Shown: positions 27,539 through 40,740 of the stretch, piece after piece
How positions within the stretch are numbered: position 1 is the stretch's first letter
How the letters are laid out: the number at the start of each line of letters is the position of its first letter
From: the human T2T-CHM13v2.0 reference genome, Homo sapiens
Assembly (NCBI RefSeq): GCF_009914755.1
Contig: NC_060927.1
DNA: 64,000 bases
Reading direction: 5' to 3' (one strand)
Position numbers and translations under genes: made by a program
Notes under the pieces: generated by a model
Told to the model about the DNA's origin: nothing
What the model saw: the letters and a program-made list of their open reading frames with translations, nothing else
Databases searched by the model: none

Positions 27539-27921
27539 AAGGACATTTTTTTCTTATTTTCTACTATTAAAAACATGTATTTTAATATTTTGTTTTTTTC
27601 CAAACACCATCTTACCTATATTTCATGTTTTATTTTTAAAATTAAAAACATTTTAAATGCCTTAAATTTAGCATTGTAATCTGTGAACTCTATTTTTATT
27701 GTTGTTTTATTTTTTAACAAGTAAAGTTTTTAAATTGCCCTATAACTATTATTTTATAAACCTTTCTGTGTAACATCAGACAAATGGAGAACAAGTATAA
27801 GAAAACAATGTATATTCTGTTTAGAAAGCACATATTCTGCTCACTGTCCCAAAATCAGTCTTGTTTCACTAAAAAATTATCCTCTAACATTATAAGATTT
27901 TTATAATCTTACCTATTAATC

Positions 27922-28112
27922 TCTTTCCTTCCTTCCTTCCTTCCTTCCTTCCTTCCTTCCTTCCTTTCTTCCCCCCCTTTCTTTCTTATTTTATGTTGTT
28001 TATTTATTTTTATTTATTTTTATTTTTTGAGGCAGAGTTTCACTCTTTCACCCAGGCTGGAGAGTGGAGAGCAGTGGCGCGATCTCGGCTCACTGCAACC
28101 TCCACCTTCCGG
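27922..28112 (-). mobile_element. Heavily 5'-truncated AluS fragment with (TTCC)n and T-rich tail
   Basis: (TTCC)n about 27925-27965, then 'gaggcagagtttcactctttcacccaggctgg...cactgcaacctccaccttccgg'. Confidence 0.9.
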
Positions 28113-29229
28113 TCATTTTCCTTTTAATAGGTGTCATGTGATGACAGGTAGGAAGTCTGCATTGTCAGATGCACTAATGATTATGTAGTAGTTTCAAAAC
28201 AAAGCTAAAATTACTGAAGAGTGTGTTCTAAAATGAAAATCAGAAGACACACCACTCATCCTCAACTCTGAAGAAAGCAACAAATACATTGTTTGCAATA
28301 TCATTTTGAGAGTAGGCGCTGGATTTTCTCTAACATAGGTTTTTATACTGATATGAGAGAGATGTTTTATAATGAGAGTTAAATGAGGTTAAAAACAGGG
28401 CAAAGGCCATACTTAAAAAAATAAATAGATCAAGACTTTAGAGTTCTTTTGTTTAACAGCCCTTCTGGAGGGTAAATTTTTATGCAGGTCAAGCACTTGA
28501 AACCATAATTTATTCGTCAGCATCACTTTCTCTAGCTATTCTTCATGAAACAGCATCATGATACTTTGCAAAGGAATGTGATTATACAACCTGATAGTAC
28601 TTGTGTGCACTGATAAAGCAGGAAAAGATGATTGTATTCTTATTCTTTTGCATCTATGAATTTAAATTTCAATTAAATCAGATTAGATATTCTGTTCTAT
28701 GTCATCTTTATTTAACATTAGTGGTGATTAGTTTCTAATTTCTGTTGCTATTGATATCAACTTTATACCCTCCCATCTGTGATTATAAAGTCGAGTCATT
28801 CACACACTCCCATTATATTTATTTGTATTTTAAATTGAAAAGGTGGAGAACTCTTAAAATTTAACAAAGTGTGAAATGTTTCAAATTAGCAGCCACGGTG
28901 TTGCAAGTATTAAAGCACAAACTGGGTTGTTGACGTCTTATAGCTGCTAAAAGTTTGAAGCTAATTTCAAATTGTGTTTTATCTTCTCCTTAAAAATAAA
29001 TGAGTAAATAAATAAATAAAAGATTTTCTAGGTACCTCTGGATCCAGTGGTAATATCTAAGGAAACTAATTAGCAAGATATTTGTATAAGTAGATTTGAG
29101 CAAATAAATTTGAGTCATGAACTTAATTTATAATTTTTAAAACTCAATCCTCCAAAAATATACCATCCTACCTTCCTTCATTCTTCCTCATTTTGTTATT
29201 TTTCCTTGAATTTTATTGCAGGTGATTGA

Positions 29230-29510
29230 ATCCCAGGTATCCATTTACTCTAGGACTCTTTCTTTATTCCTCATCCTTAGTTTCCCCAGACCCATTTGGT
29301 CTCACAATCACTGCCTAGTTTACGACCTAACCATTTCTCAGATGTGTGCATGCAACAGCATCCTAATGGGTCTTTGTGACCAGCAATTTCAACATGCACA
29401 AGGCTGCTATGCTGACTTGTCTAAAATGCAGATTTAGTCAGTTCCTTTCATGGCTCCCCATTGCTTAATGATAAAGTCAAGTTTGTTAACATGCAATGAA
29501 ATAGCTGTTG
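29230..29510 (+). mobile_element. L2 fragment
   Basis: 'tgcaacagcatcctaatgggtct...tctaaaatgcagatttagtca...tggctccccattgcttaatgataaagtcaa'. Confidence 0.75.
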
Positions 29511-29699
29511 ATTTATTCTGAGTAATTACACTTACTTTTGATTTTCAGAATATAATGGTAAAATTCAGTTCTTAAATGTTACTAAAATTATTAAGGTAAT
29601 ATTAATAATATAAAAAGTAAGTGCCAGTGACCTAATGAAACATTTAAAATAATGAATGGCCTTGTGTAGAAAAAATATGGGCTCAATACAGGTCTCTAA

Positions 29700-29888
29700 T
29701 TCATATAGATTTATATAGATATCTAATTTACATAGATATATAGATTCATATAAATATGTATATTGCATTTATATGTATACATATGTATTTATATGTTTGT
29801 GTGTATGTGCATCTGTGTGCATGTGTGTACACATTAATGTGTATATGTACATCCTGCAGAAAATGTATATGTTTACATACACATATGG
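29700..29888. repeat. Degenerate (TA)/(TG)/(CATA) low-complexity repeat
   Basis: Alternating purine-pyrimidine-rich tract. Confidence 0.8.
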
Positions 29889-30764
29889 GAAGAAGTCATG
29901 ACACAGATTTCTTGTTCTATACATGCCTTAGAAATGCAAATAATTCCATTGTTTTTACTCAGCTAAATGATTGTCAATGGCTTTGACATCTACGTTTTGA
30001 GGATGGCAAGAAATCATTTACATAATCTCAGTTTACACCAGTTATTTCAAATTAAGATCATTCAAATCATTTAAAACCAGGAAACTTCGAAATGTAAGTT
30101 ATTTATTGACCCATTTAATCATTTCAGTTATTTACTACAATGCTATCAACCTAGAATTTAGTAGCAGTTTATCCCATTGCATATGCAGGAGGACAGTATC
30201 TTCAACAGAATGTATCAAATTGTCTAACATCATTCATGTTTAATATTTCTTTTGTTCCATTTAAGAAAAAAAAATAAGAAGAAGAAATAACCTTTCCGAT
30301 GCATCTTAGTTTGTGAGAAACTGTGGGTGGTAGTTTAAAAGGTGGTTAGAAAATTATCCCCTAAAGACATTTTAGGTTAAACAACTTTCAGAATAAGATT
30401 AGAACTAACCCAACGGTATTGGAATGAAAGGGTGATGCGGGTGGTAAAGGTGGCTTGTGGCCAAAAACTAATTAGCATTGCATAAATTACTAATCAAATT
30501 TCCTTTTTCAAATATAGATATGATTTATTCCAGGGAGGGTCCTGGTATAATTGACCTAAATAATGACCTATTTTTTCTATCTTTCCTGGTATCAAATAAA
30601 AGTCTTCTGATAAATGGGAATTTGTCAAGTGAATTTCCTGATATTATTTCATTAACAAATTCATAATTTTGTTAAAACTACAATGCAGAATGAATCCTAT
30701 TACAAAAACCTTGCAAAATACTGTCAAATTTTATATTATAATAATCTTTCATTTGTATATTTCA

Positions 30765-30860
30765 CTTGTGATAATTAAGTTAATACATGTAAAACAGTTT
30801 AGAACAGAATTTGTTAAATGCTAAATGCTTAGAATATGTTAGCTGTTATTTTTACTATTA
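30765..30860 (+). mobile_element. MIR 3' fragment
   Basis: 'taagttaatacatgtaaaacagtttagaacag...taaatgcttagaatatgttagctgttatt'. Confidence 0.7.
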
Positions 30861-31822
30861 TATGTAGATTCATTCCAGTACACAAAGATCTTGATTTCTA
30901 TATACACACATTTAAAATGGAGAAGTATATTTGAAGTCTAGTATGACGTTTGGTTTTTTGTTTTTACTTGTTGAGACTATTGAGCATAAATTATCATTAC
31001 ATGAAATGTTCCCATAGATTATTTTTAATGATTACTCTGCACACTATGTTTAGAAACATGCCTAATTTTTAAAATGACTTTAATCACTTGAATTTACATT
31101 GCACGTACATTTGTCCACATTTGAATGTTCTTTTAAAACTTTTCAATGTGCTCTTTCATTCATTAAGCCAATCAACAAACAACAGAAATATTATATACTA
31201 CACTAGGTCTATGCATAAATATTTATGATATCTATTTTGAGGAAGAAGCTAATGTCTAGACATTGAGACCTACGGGAATAAAAACAGTCATTCTCTCTTG
31301 TTATATATGTTAAACAGAAACACGTAAGAATTAGAACAAATTCTTCCTGAAAAAGTCAAGGTTGTTTCAAGAAAAAAAAAAAAAGGACTTTGAGGGTGAA
31401 AAAGAACATATGAAGCAAGAGAATAAAATGATCTATGAGGAAGAAATCATGCTTCAAGCTATCGAGTCATTTTAAAAGTATATTTTTTTCTTTTCTGTAT
31501 TTGCAGCACAATTACAAGCAAGTTTTTGTTAAACTACCTTTAATTTAAGAGGGCATTTAAATTGAACCCTGTAACACTTGAGAGCTTGCCCAATAATCCC
31601 TGAAGCTGAATAAACTTGCTCATACATGGAAAACTGGGCTATCATTTCTTTGCCTTCCAGCAGTGTGGTAATTACATGGGCAATATCTGGACAAAAGTGA
31701 AGCCAAATAAAGACATTATCAGACATCTTAAGTTCTTAGTGAGCTTCGAGTATTTATACTTCAAAAAAAAAAAAGGTGAACTGAAGGTTTTAAATATATA
31801 ATGTGGTTATGATGAATTTTAA

Positions 31823-32154
<332 letters not shown>

Positions 32155-32380
32155 CTTAATTTGAAGTTCTAATAATAGAGTCACTCTAAAATTTTGAGAG
32201 AAAATAAATCCCAATAAAATATAAGGAAGCATGAAAAGTAACAATAAGCCAGAAAGCATAATTAGGTGAATCAATCAATGGAATCCAAAAATTGTTCTAG
32301 CAGATGATAACTGATTCATTGATCTGCTTGTTAAACGAGATTTTTAGAGATGGTTTATTGCAGAAGTAGTATATGAGTAC

Positions 32381-32696
32381 TGTCTTAGTTAGCGCAGGCT
32401 GCCATAACTAAATAAATGTTGATGCCTTCAACAACAGATATTCTCAAGTTTTGTTGAGGGCTCTCTTCCTGGCTTATAAACAACTGCCTTCTGGCAGTGT
32501 TCTTACATGGAAGATGGAGAGAGAGCAAACTCTGTGGTTTCTTTTCTCATGAGGGCACTAATCCCATCATGAGGACCCCATCTTCATAATCTCAGCTACA
32601 CAGAATTAACTCCCAAAGGCCCCATCTCCAAATACCATCACATTGGGAACTGGGCATAACATTTGAACTCTTGGCAGACATAATTAGACAACAGAA
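32381..32696 (-). mobile_element. MLT1A/MLT1A0 solo LTR with internal deletion
   Basis: 'tgtcttagtt...gctgccataac', 'gagggcactaatcccatcatgagg', 'cccaaaggccccatctccaaataccatcacattggg'; 5-bp TSD AGTAC. Confidence 0.9.
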
Positions 32697-32779
32697 AGTA
32701 CTAAAAATAGAGTTGTCAGCTATTTATCTTGGAAAGTATTGTACAAATGCTAGGAATCTAATAGAGTGAATGAAATGGG

Positions 32780-33010
32780 TGAGTAGAATCTCTGCTTCAC
32801 CACATCCTTGTTGGTGACGGTTGGCAAGTCATTTACTTACCTTCTCTGAGCATTAGTTTCCAAATTTGTAAAATAAGGGTGGTAATAATACCTACCCCAA
32901 AAAAGATAAAAGGTGTTTAGGACTGAAAGAGATAAATTACTTATGTGTTTAGTACAGTGCCTGGTGTATAGGAAGTGCTGAATATATGTTGGTGGGGATT
33001 TTTAATTATT
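32780..33010 (+). mobile_element. MIR (near full length)
   Basis: 'ggcaagtcatttac...tctctgagcattagtttcc...tgtaaaataagggtggtaataatacctacc...agtacagtgcctgg'. Confidence 0.85.
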
Positions 33011-34887
33011 ATTTACTATACGTTAGGAATAAAGTTCAAATAGATTCCTGAACTTCATGACAACTGGCAGTCTTTGAGTCCTACATGTCTTTAGTACCAC
33101 AGAAGCAGCTATTATAAGAACTCGAAAAGCCTGAGATGTGTATGGCTTTGTAAATTTGGGTCTCTGTTGAATTGATGATGGCTTCATTCACTCATTTAGT
33201 CAGCCAGTTTGTGTAAATAATTTTTGAGAACCAGGGTTGGATATTTTCCTAGGTTGCCAAAGGCGAACTTCACCATATTCACACTGTTGTTTAGAATTGG
33301 AGATCTCAAGTTGAGGACTTTTTTTCTGGAAACGACTGTCCTACTAAAGCAATAGTAAGTGGTCACAGGAGGGTGAAAGTTATATCTTTTGCTTATCTCT
33401 AATCATTGTCATTCTAAAAACAATAAAGTCAACATGAAAAGCTTTGGAAACATAGTGGAAATTGAGCAAATGGTTTCATTTTAGAATCATTCTAGATGGT
33501 TGAAACTAAACTTTTAAAAGTTCAATAGGATTATAGAAGATGTTTATTTTTAAATACATTATCATTAAATGTGGGAGCAAATGGGACAAAAAATAAACTT
33601 TTAAATAATCTGTAAAGCAACAACCAAACCTTTTAAAAAGGGTAATAGATTTATGAATAGTATCTGTTCTAATAATTTCCATATATTAAAAATTACTTGA
33701 AATCAATGTGTTTCAGCAAGAAATATTAGCATGAAATTACATTTTTTTAAAGAGAACCATTCAAAAATAAGCAGAATGCTTATCAGAATCAAGATTATGA
33801 AATATTGCAATTTTGAAATATAAATTTGAAAATTCCAACTATAGAAAATTTCCCAATATAATGACTACCACTTGTACTTTTAAATATATGCATTTATTTA
33901 GATTACTTAGCCTGTTCATGAGGACATCCATAGATTCAAAAAATTACTTTCTACCCTTTATTTATAATGCAATTTGTCATATTGTTAAAATTATGCAAAA
34001 ATTTTATTTGTAATTAGTAGAATTGAGAAACTATTTTTGGTTAGTGTAAATTTAGCTTTATGGTCATCTAGCTTTTACATATACATATAAACATATAATA
34101 TGTGTATACTTCAGTTGTAATATTTAATGATCTTTAAGAGCCTCACATTTTAAATAAAAACCAAGAAAAATGCAGGTGTCAGGAAAGCAGTCTGTAGAAT
34201 ACTGATAATATTCCACTGGGAGCATTCTGTATATTTCAGTCTAGAGGAAATTAATCCCTCTACCTTAATCACTTCTGGTTGGGTTCATTTTTATACTAAG
34301 ATATAAAGTTCAAATTTAAACACAAATAATATGCAAATAATATTATGCTACCCGTTTATCTACAGTAATGCAAAGAAATTCGAAGACTTAACTACTTGGT
34401 TTTATTTGTTTATAAATATATGTTATGGTGCTTGCCGTCAAAAGGGGATAATTAAATTTCCCAAGTTTCCTAAAGATGTGACATTTAAGTTGCTACACCA
34501 CCTTACTGTTTCTAATGTTAGTAGTGTGAAAATGTACTTCCCCTTTTTTGTCCCAGAAGTTCACATGGCCAAAATTGACTTGAAAAAGAAAAGAAAAATA
34601 GGATGATATTGGAACGTGCATTGTCTTTGTAAGGGAAGCACAATATTTTTAATTTTTCATGGATTCTGAGACAGATTGGCTCTGCTTGTAGCATCTGAAA
34701 GTTACAACTCAAGACAGTTCTTATATAATTACCTCAAGAACCTGTCATTTAATTCCATCATTCCTGAAATTTAAAGCTTGTGCTACTTCTAAGCTAACTT
34801 CTTGTGGGAACTGATAAAGATTTTATCAGTTAAATTTAATCTTCATCAGAGAATAAACCTGAAGAGAGATTTGTGAAATCGGAAGTA

Positions 34888-35579
34888 CAGTGGTCACCCT
34901 TTAGCCGCGGTTTCACTTTCCATGGTTTCAGTTAACTGCCTTCAACTGCGGTTGAAAAATATTAAATGGAAACTTCTAGAAATCAACAATTCATACGTCT
35001 TAAATTGCATGCCATTCTGAGCAGCGTAATGGAATCTCATGCAGTCTGCTCCATGCCTCTCGGATCCTGAATCATCCCTTGGTCCAGCATATCCACTCTG
35101 TTGAAGCCACCTGGCCATAAGTCACTCAGTAGCTGTCTTGTTATCAGATCAACTGTGGCAGTATTACAGTGTTCGTGTTCAAGTAACCCTAACTGTAATT
35201 TGGATCCACAGTGGATCCAAAGTGCAAAATTATTGATGCTAGCAATTCAGATATGCCAAACAGAAGCCATAAAGTGCTTCATTTTTAGTGAAACGGTGGA
35301 AGTTGGTACTTGAAAAGAAAATATATACATATATATGTATATATATATCTTGTATGATGAGGTTTATAAGATCTATGGTAAGAATGGCTCTTCTATTCAT
35401 GAAATTGTGAAGAAGTGAAAGGAAATTGTTGCTGGTTTTGCTGTTTCATCTCGAATTCTTTATCATAGGAATGTTTGTATAAAAAAACATAGTATATATT
35501 GGATTGGGTACTATCTGCACTTTTAGGCATCCACTGACAATCTTGAAACATACCTTCTGAGGATAAGGGGGATCTACTG
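34888..35579 (+). mobile_element. MER44-family (Tigger7 deletion derivative)
   Basis: TA-flanked TIRs 'cagtggtcaccctttagccgcgg' / 'ggataagggggatctactg'; decayed transposase start 'atgccaaacagaagccataaagtgctt'. Confidence 0.9.
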
Positions 35580-35679
35580 TAACAATTTTAAACATTTATC
35601 AAAATTTGCTGTGTAGGAGATCTGTGTTCTAAAAGCTGTTAATTTCAAAGATGTTACCAGAGACAAAATAATAGAGATT

Positions 35680-35885
35680 TAGAGTTTGGAGAAATAGGCT
35701 TGGTCCCTTTTTAAATGTCACCATGTTACGTAAGTTGTTTTAGCCAGCTGAGCCCTATGATCTTATAATACAGGGGAAAATAAATGCCTCATTTATTTCA
35801 CAGGGCTGTTGTAAAGATCAAATAAGATAATACAGGTGTGACAGCTCTTAGTAAACTTTAACCATGTAAACATAAATGTTATCAT
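35680..35885 (+). mobile_element. MIR fragment
   Basis: 'atttcacagggctgttgtaaagatcaaataagataatacaggtgtgacagctct'. Confidence 0.7.
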
Positions 35886-36589
35886 TTTTTTAATGGATAT
35901 GATACTTCTTAGTGACTCCTATCTAAAATAAAATTAATCTCAGCTGTACTTCTAGGGATTTTGTTCTACAGTTCAGTGTGTGATTTTGTTTAAAGGGGAG
36001 CCATCACTCATTAAAGTGTGGTTGATGTTCATGCTGTTCCCATTTGTCCGGTTTTTTACCTATCATCCACTGATAGTCATTCATGAACATTTAAAATGTA
36101 CCACAACAGTCTGCTACAGCACGGCCTGTCTTGCATCCCCCTAGCTCATGCTGGGCTTTCACAATGGAGCCTGCTGAGACAAAACAGTTTCACAGTCTTC
36201 TTAGGGTGAATTACTTTCCATTTATCCAGGATAAATCAAATTCTAAGCAATTCATAGCAAAAGCCTCCTTAAAACAAAACAAAAACAAAAACAGAAAAAC
36301 AATAGAATAAAGCACACAGATTTTCTTTGCAAACTCTAACGTACCTATTTCTGGTAATGAAAATGTGGATGAAACAAGGAAAAATAAAATGATAATTACA
36401 AGTGCAATATTTCATAATACAGTTGCTATTTCCCATTTAGATTTCATTAGAAAAGATGATTTGTAAAATAAATACAGTTACAAATATTTCCATTTTGCAG
36501 TAGAATTACAATTTATCTTGGGAGCCCAAATATCAGTTAAAATACAAACAGATGTGGCTATTTTAAAGTCACGTATATTAATAAATCTG

Positions 36590-36644
36590 TTAGGTTGGTG
36601 CAAAAGTAACTGTGGTTTTTACCATTCCTTTTAATGAAAACAGC
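36590..36644. mobile_element. Half MADE1 (Hsmar1 mariner MITE)
   Basis: 'ttaggttggtgcaaaagtaactgtggtttttaccattccttttaatg'; second TIR absent. Confidence 0.88.
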
Positions 36645-36979
36645 TATATGGCTCAATTTGACCACACAACTTCAATAAGTAGCATCTTGAAAATCCAATG
36701 TCAAGTATCATCTCTGAATAACTTTATTACAAAAGAGAAAAGTATCCATGACACTCCAGCAACTGAATCCCCTGAAATAGTCCCCACATTCTAGTGAGTA
36801 GGCCTAATGTTTTTCCACTTGGTAAGGACTTAACTTTCAGCCTACAGACAATCATGAGAATGGCCCAATGAGGGGTAGCATGCTTGCCACATGGAGATTC
36901 CAGTACATGGAAGGCCAAACAAAGAAGAAATAGTAGATGGGATTCATTTTGATAAAGTTATTTTGGTGTCATACATTTG

Positions 36980-37135
36980 AAGTTTTATTCTTATTTCTAC
37001 CAGTCTTCCTGAGATTTAGCTTTCTAATTTGCAAAATGGGTATAATTTACCTACTTCATCAGGAATCTGTAAGGACTGAAAATATTTGTAGATGAGATAG
37101 CCTGGCAGGAACTGAATGGGTCAGTAGAAGTTGCT
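36980..37135 (+). mobile_element. MIR fragment
   Basis: 'agctttctaatttgcaaaatgggtataatttacctacttcatcagg'. Confidence 0.65.
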
Positions 37136-37684
37136 AGGCCATTATGTCTGAGAAAAGATAGGAAGTTAGACATAAACGAAGCCCAAGATATAAAAAATAC
37201 AATGACCCAAGTCACGCATTATTTATCGATCATAAAAAATTGAGCAAACAAGAAAAATCTTATTTGTTCCAGTAATAGTAGGGTATATTCACAAGTCATG
37301 TGTTTTTCTATGAATTAAAGAATCCAGATAGGTAGCACCTTATCCTTATTCAAAATGAAATGTCTTAGGCAAAGAATTCAGATCTCTCAGTGGGAAAATT
37401 GTCTTGACGTGGATTGCCACTGAATATATATTAAAGTAAGATGCCAATAGTAGAATTCCTAGCGAGTCACACTAAATAGTCAACCCCTATGGTCCTTGGG
37501 TGTACATAGAAATTGTCTTGTCTTTGCTTTAACCATGTACCAAATGACTGTCCCTTTTCATGTTTCATGAATAAGTTCATAAGTTTCATGAACTTATTTG
37601 AAAATTCTGAAGTGCCTCTTCCATAATGGCAACAAGAAACATTGTGTCCATAAAATTATACGAGTGGATTTCAGTTCAATGACA

Positions 37685-37997
37685 TTTTTTTTTGAGACAG
37701 GATTTTGCTCTGTCACCCAGGCTGGAGTGCAGTGGTATGATCTTGGCTCACTGCAGCCTCAACCCCCAGTACTCAAGCTATCCTCCCACCTCAGCATACT
37801 GAGTAGCTGGAACTACAGACACGCGTCACCATCCTCAACTAGGTTTTTGGTGGTTTTTGTTTTGTTTTTGTATTTTTTGTAAAAACAGGGTTTTGCCATG
37901 TTGCCCAAGCTGGTTTCCAATTCCTGGGCTCAAGTAACCACCTGCTTCAAGCTTTCCAAAATGCTGGGATTACAGGCATTAGCCATCGTGCATGGCT
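37685..37997 (-). mobile_element. AluJ-lineage SINE
   Basis: 'cactgcagcctcaacc...ctcaagctatcctcccacctcagc', 'gttgcccaagctgg...cctgggctcaag'. Confidence 0.93.
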
Positions 37998-40439
37998 GGC
38001 AAAATCTTAAGAAGGGGTAATTTGTAAAACCCAATCCTGACTCATTTCAGAAATAATTTGTCACAGAAAATGATGCATCTATCACCTGTCATAATTGCCA
38101 GCAAATATTATTTAAAAGCATATATCCAGGTAACAACAAGATACAAGCATTGTTTAAAAATATGACCACTGTTGATGGTGCATAGACAGATTTTATTCTA
38201 AAATTCTGATGTTTTAATTTTAGTAGAGATGTACGGTGGCTTGTGTGGTTAAGGATGTAGAGATGATGTCTAAAATGCATTTCTGCTAGTTGATTGGAGG
38301 GAAAATACTCACCCCACATTGACAGTTAAGTTTATGATACAGTGTTGCAAAAGGGAGGAATGCAAGCAAGCAGCAATAAGAGCCAGCAGATCTGCATTAA
38401 CATTTTATACGTTGAATTTAATAATGTATTCTTCATGCTAAATAACTTTCTGAAACTTATTTCATCTGATTTGAGATGTGATTTGAGAACTGCCAATACG
38501 TTAAGCAATCTGCTGCAAAATTGTCTGTTTTCATCTAAGTACCTCTGTATCATCTTTAGCTCTGCTGTGTACTGATTTTTTTATGCAGCCCTACTCAGTA
38601 AATCAGAGAGCTTAATCTTATGTTTCCAGTAGCAACAGTATGCTAGGGGGATTATTTTGGCTACATTTTGAGGCCAGTAAGAAAAGGCAAATGTCAGCAT
38701 CAGGGCAGACACTCTGGTAGGTGCAAATAGTGCACCTGCCTGGAGAACCAATTAGATTAGACAGTAGAAGCAAGGCAACAAGTGGGAGGCAACTGCCAGC
38801 AAGGTGGGATTTTGAGTCTGGAGAATGCCTGTCCATTTCATCCACTGCTGGAAGATGCATTAAATATTTCACTGGTAAAAGTTTATTCTTTTAGGTCTTG
38901 TGTTTCCCAAATGGCTATTCTTATTAAAATATAAGCACCACAGGGAAGGTCAAAGGCTATGCATTATGTCAGATTTATACAGTTTAGTATGAATGGGTTC
39001 ATGAGAGCCAGTCCTTAGAAAAGATTTTGATAAAGGGAGTGGTGAGGGAATACTCTAAAGGAGAGACACATGTTTGTGTGTGGGGAGGAGGCTGGGGGTG
39101 TCACCGTGTAATGAGTATTTCATTTTACCACTTCACTGTTTTGCTTGACTAACTGCCCAGATGTGAGAGTTGCAACCTTGTTTGAGAGCTCCCATGTGGT
39201 TTTAGTTCTCCTGCGGTAATATTTGAGTTTCTGACCCTAAAACCTCAATTACTTAGGCACAATAGCATTGGGTTGATTCCTTTCATTCCAGAGAGAAGTC
39301 GTGGTCCAATAGAAAAGACAACAAGTAAAAATCAGTTCCAGTACTGACTAGCTGCAGGACCACTTGACCCTAACCAGCCCATGATCACCCTCTGGTACGT
39401 GACTCCCTGTCTCAGAATTGTTCTGTCATAGGTACCAGATTCCATGCTTCATTAGTATCCTGTAGGCTGGTCTAACGCAGGCCTTATACTTGGCTGAATG
39501 CAGTGTATAAATATGGTAACACCTGGACATACACATAGGGAACCCAGAGACAAGAACAAATAAATATTTTTAGTATTGATATTTACATACAGTTTTCTCT
39601 TTGCTTCTGTTAAGAAGAAATTTGTTTAATTATTTTGAAATTGTACTTTTTATAAGAAAATAGATACAATTATAATCATTGGCAATTTCCTGATCAAATT
39701 ACATAAAATTTGGTGGACCTTAGTTTAGGAATTTATAAAAAGAACAGTGATCATTAAGAAGGAATGAGAACAAATTTACTGAAAATATGTTATGGGAGGA
39801 GTAAGTAAAATACAGAAATGAAAATAAACTTATTAGATTTAAGGGAAAATGCCAATTGGTTAACCAGGTAAAGAAATAGTGGTATTTCTATGACTAGGTA
39901 TAAGCAAAAAGAAACAGATATACAGTATATCTTAAGAGACACTTTTGTGGAATGTACATTTAAAAACAGGTTCAAGGAGTGTATATTTATTTACATGGTA
40001 ATAAATATGCAATGAAGCCATCAGCTTGCTGGTCATGGATAGTTCACATGTAGAGAAGTTTTTATCTGTACAGTTCACCAGATCCAGGTTAAAACACTTT
40101 TTAGAACAAATAGAGCCAAGCGGAAAAATAGAAAATCATCTAGGGAAATATATTTTGCTAGTAAAACTTATACAGAAGTGGCCTTTGACATATGACAAAG
40201 ACTATGCTAAGGTAGAGAGAATAGTTTGTCATAAATACCAACCCAGAAGTGAAGTTTGGGGGCAACAAGTGTGGAAGCTGTAAGAAGGTAAGCGCTTTAT
40301 AGTACTTGACCTCAATGAATTCATTATCAAAATAATTCAAACTTTTAGACTGAAAGCAAAAAAATCATTAGGACAGGTAAATGCACTAGAAAAATACACA
40401 TGTGGCATGTTAGAGTGTTTTGAAAGAAGACTTGAAAGC

Positions 40440-40740
40440 AAGACTGTTGGAAAGAAAACATAATTTTTTATTCACTGGGTACTGTGACAGTAAGAAAATT
40501 AATTATACAAATTCCATTTAAGCGAGAATGAATGTTTTTGAACTGTTATAGAATGAAAAATAAACATTTAGGGACAAGAATTAAAGGAAAGGCTTTGAAA
40601 AATAATGGGTGAAAAGGGTCTGGAACATAGGTGATAAGGAATGATTTGCTAAGAACAAAATGAATAAACTCTATGAAATATAAATTAGTCTATTGACAAA
40701 TACCTAGAGGAAAGCTAAAGCAATTGATCTTCAACAAAAA
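40440..40740 (+). mobile_element. Possible L3/CR1 ORF2 remnant
   Basis: 'atgatttgctaagaacaaaatgaataaact...ttgatcttcaacaa' loosely resembles the CR1 RT 'HGF.KNKSC.TN...DFSKA' coding region. Confidence 0.3.

Noticed and set aside
35250-35450. Tigger7 transposase N-terminal remnant
   Set aside because: Frameshifted, interrupted by a TA-rich repeat and internally deleted; non-functional.
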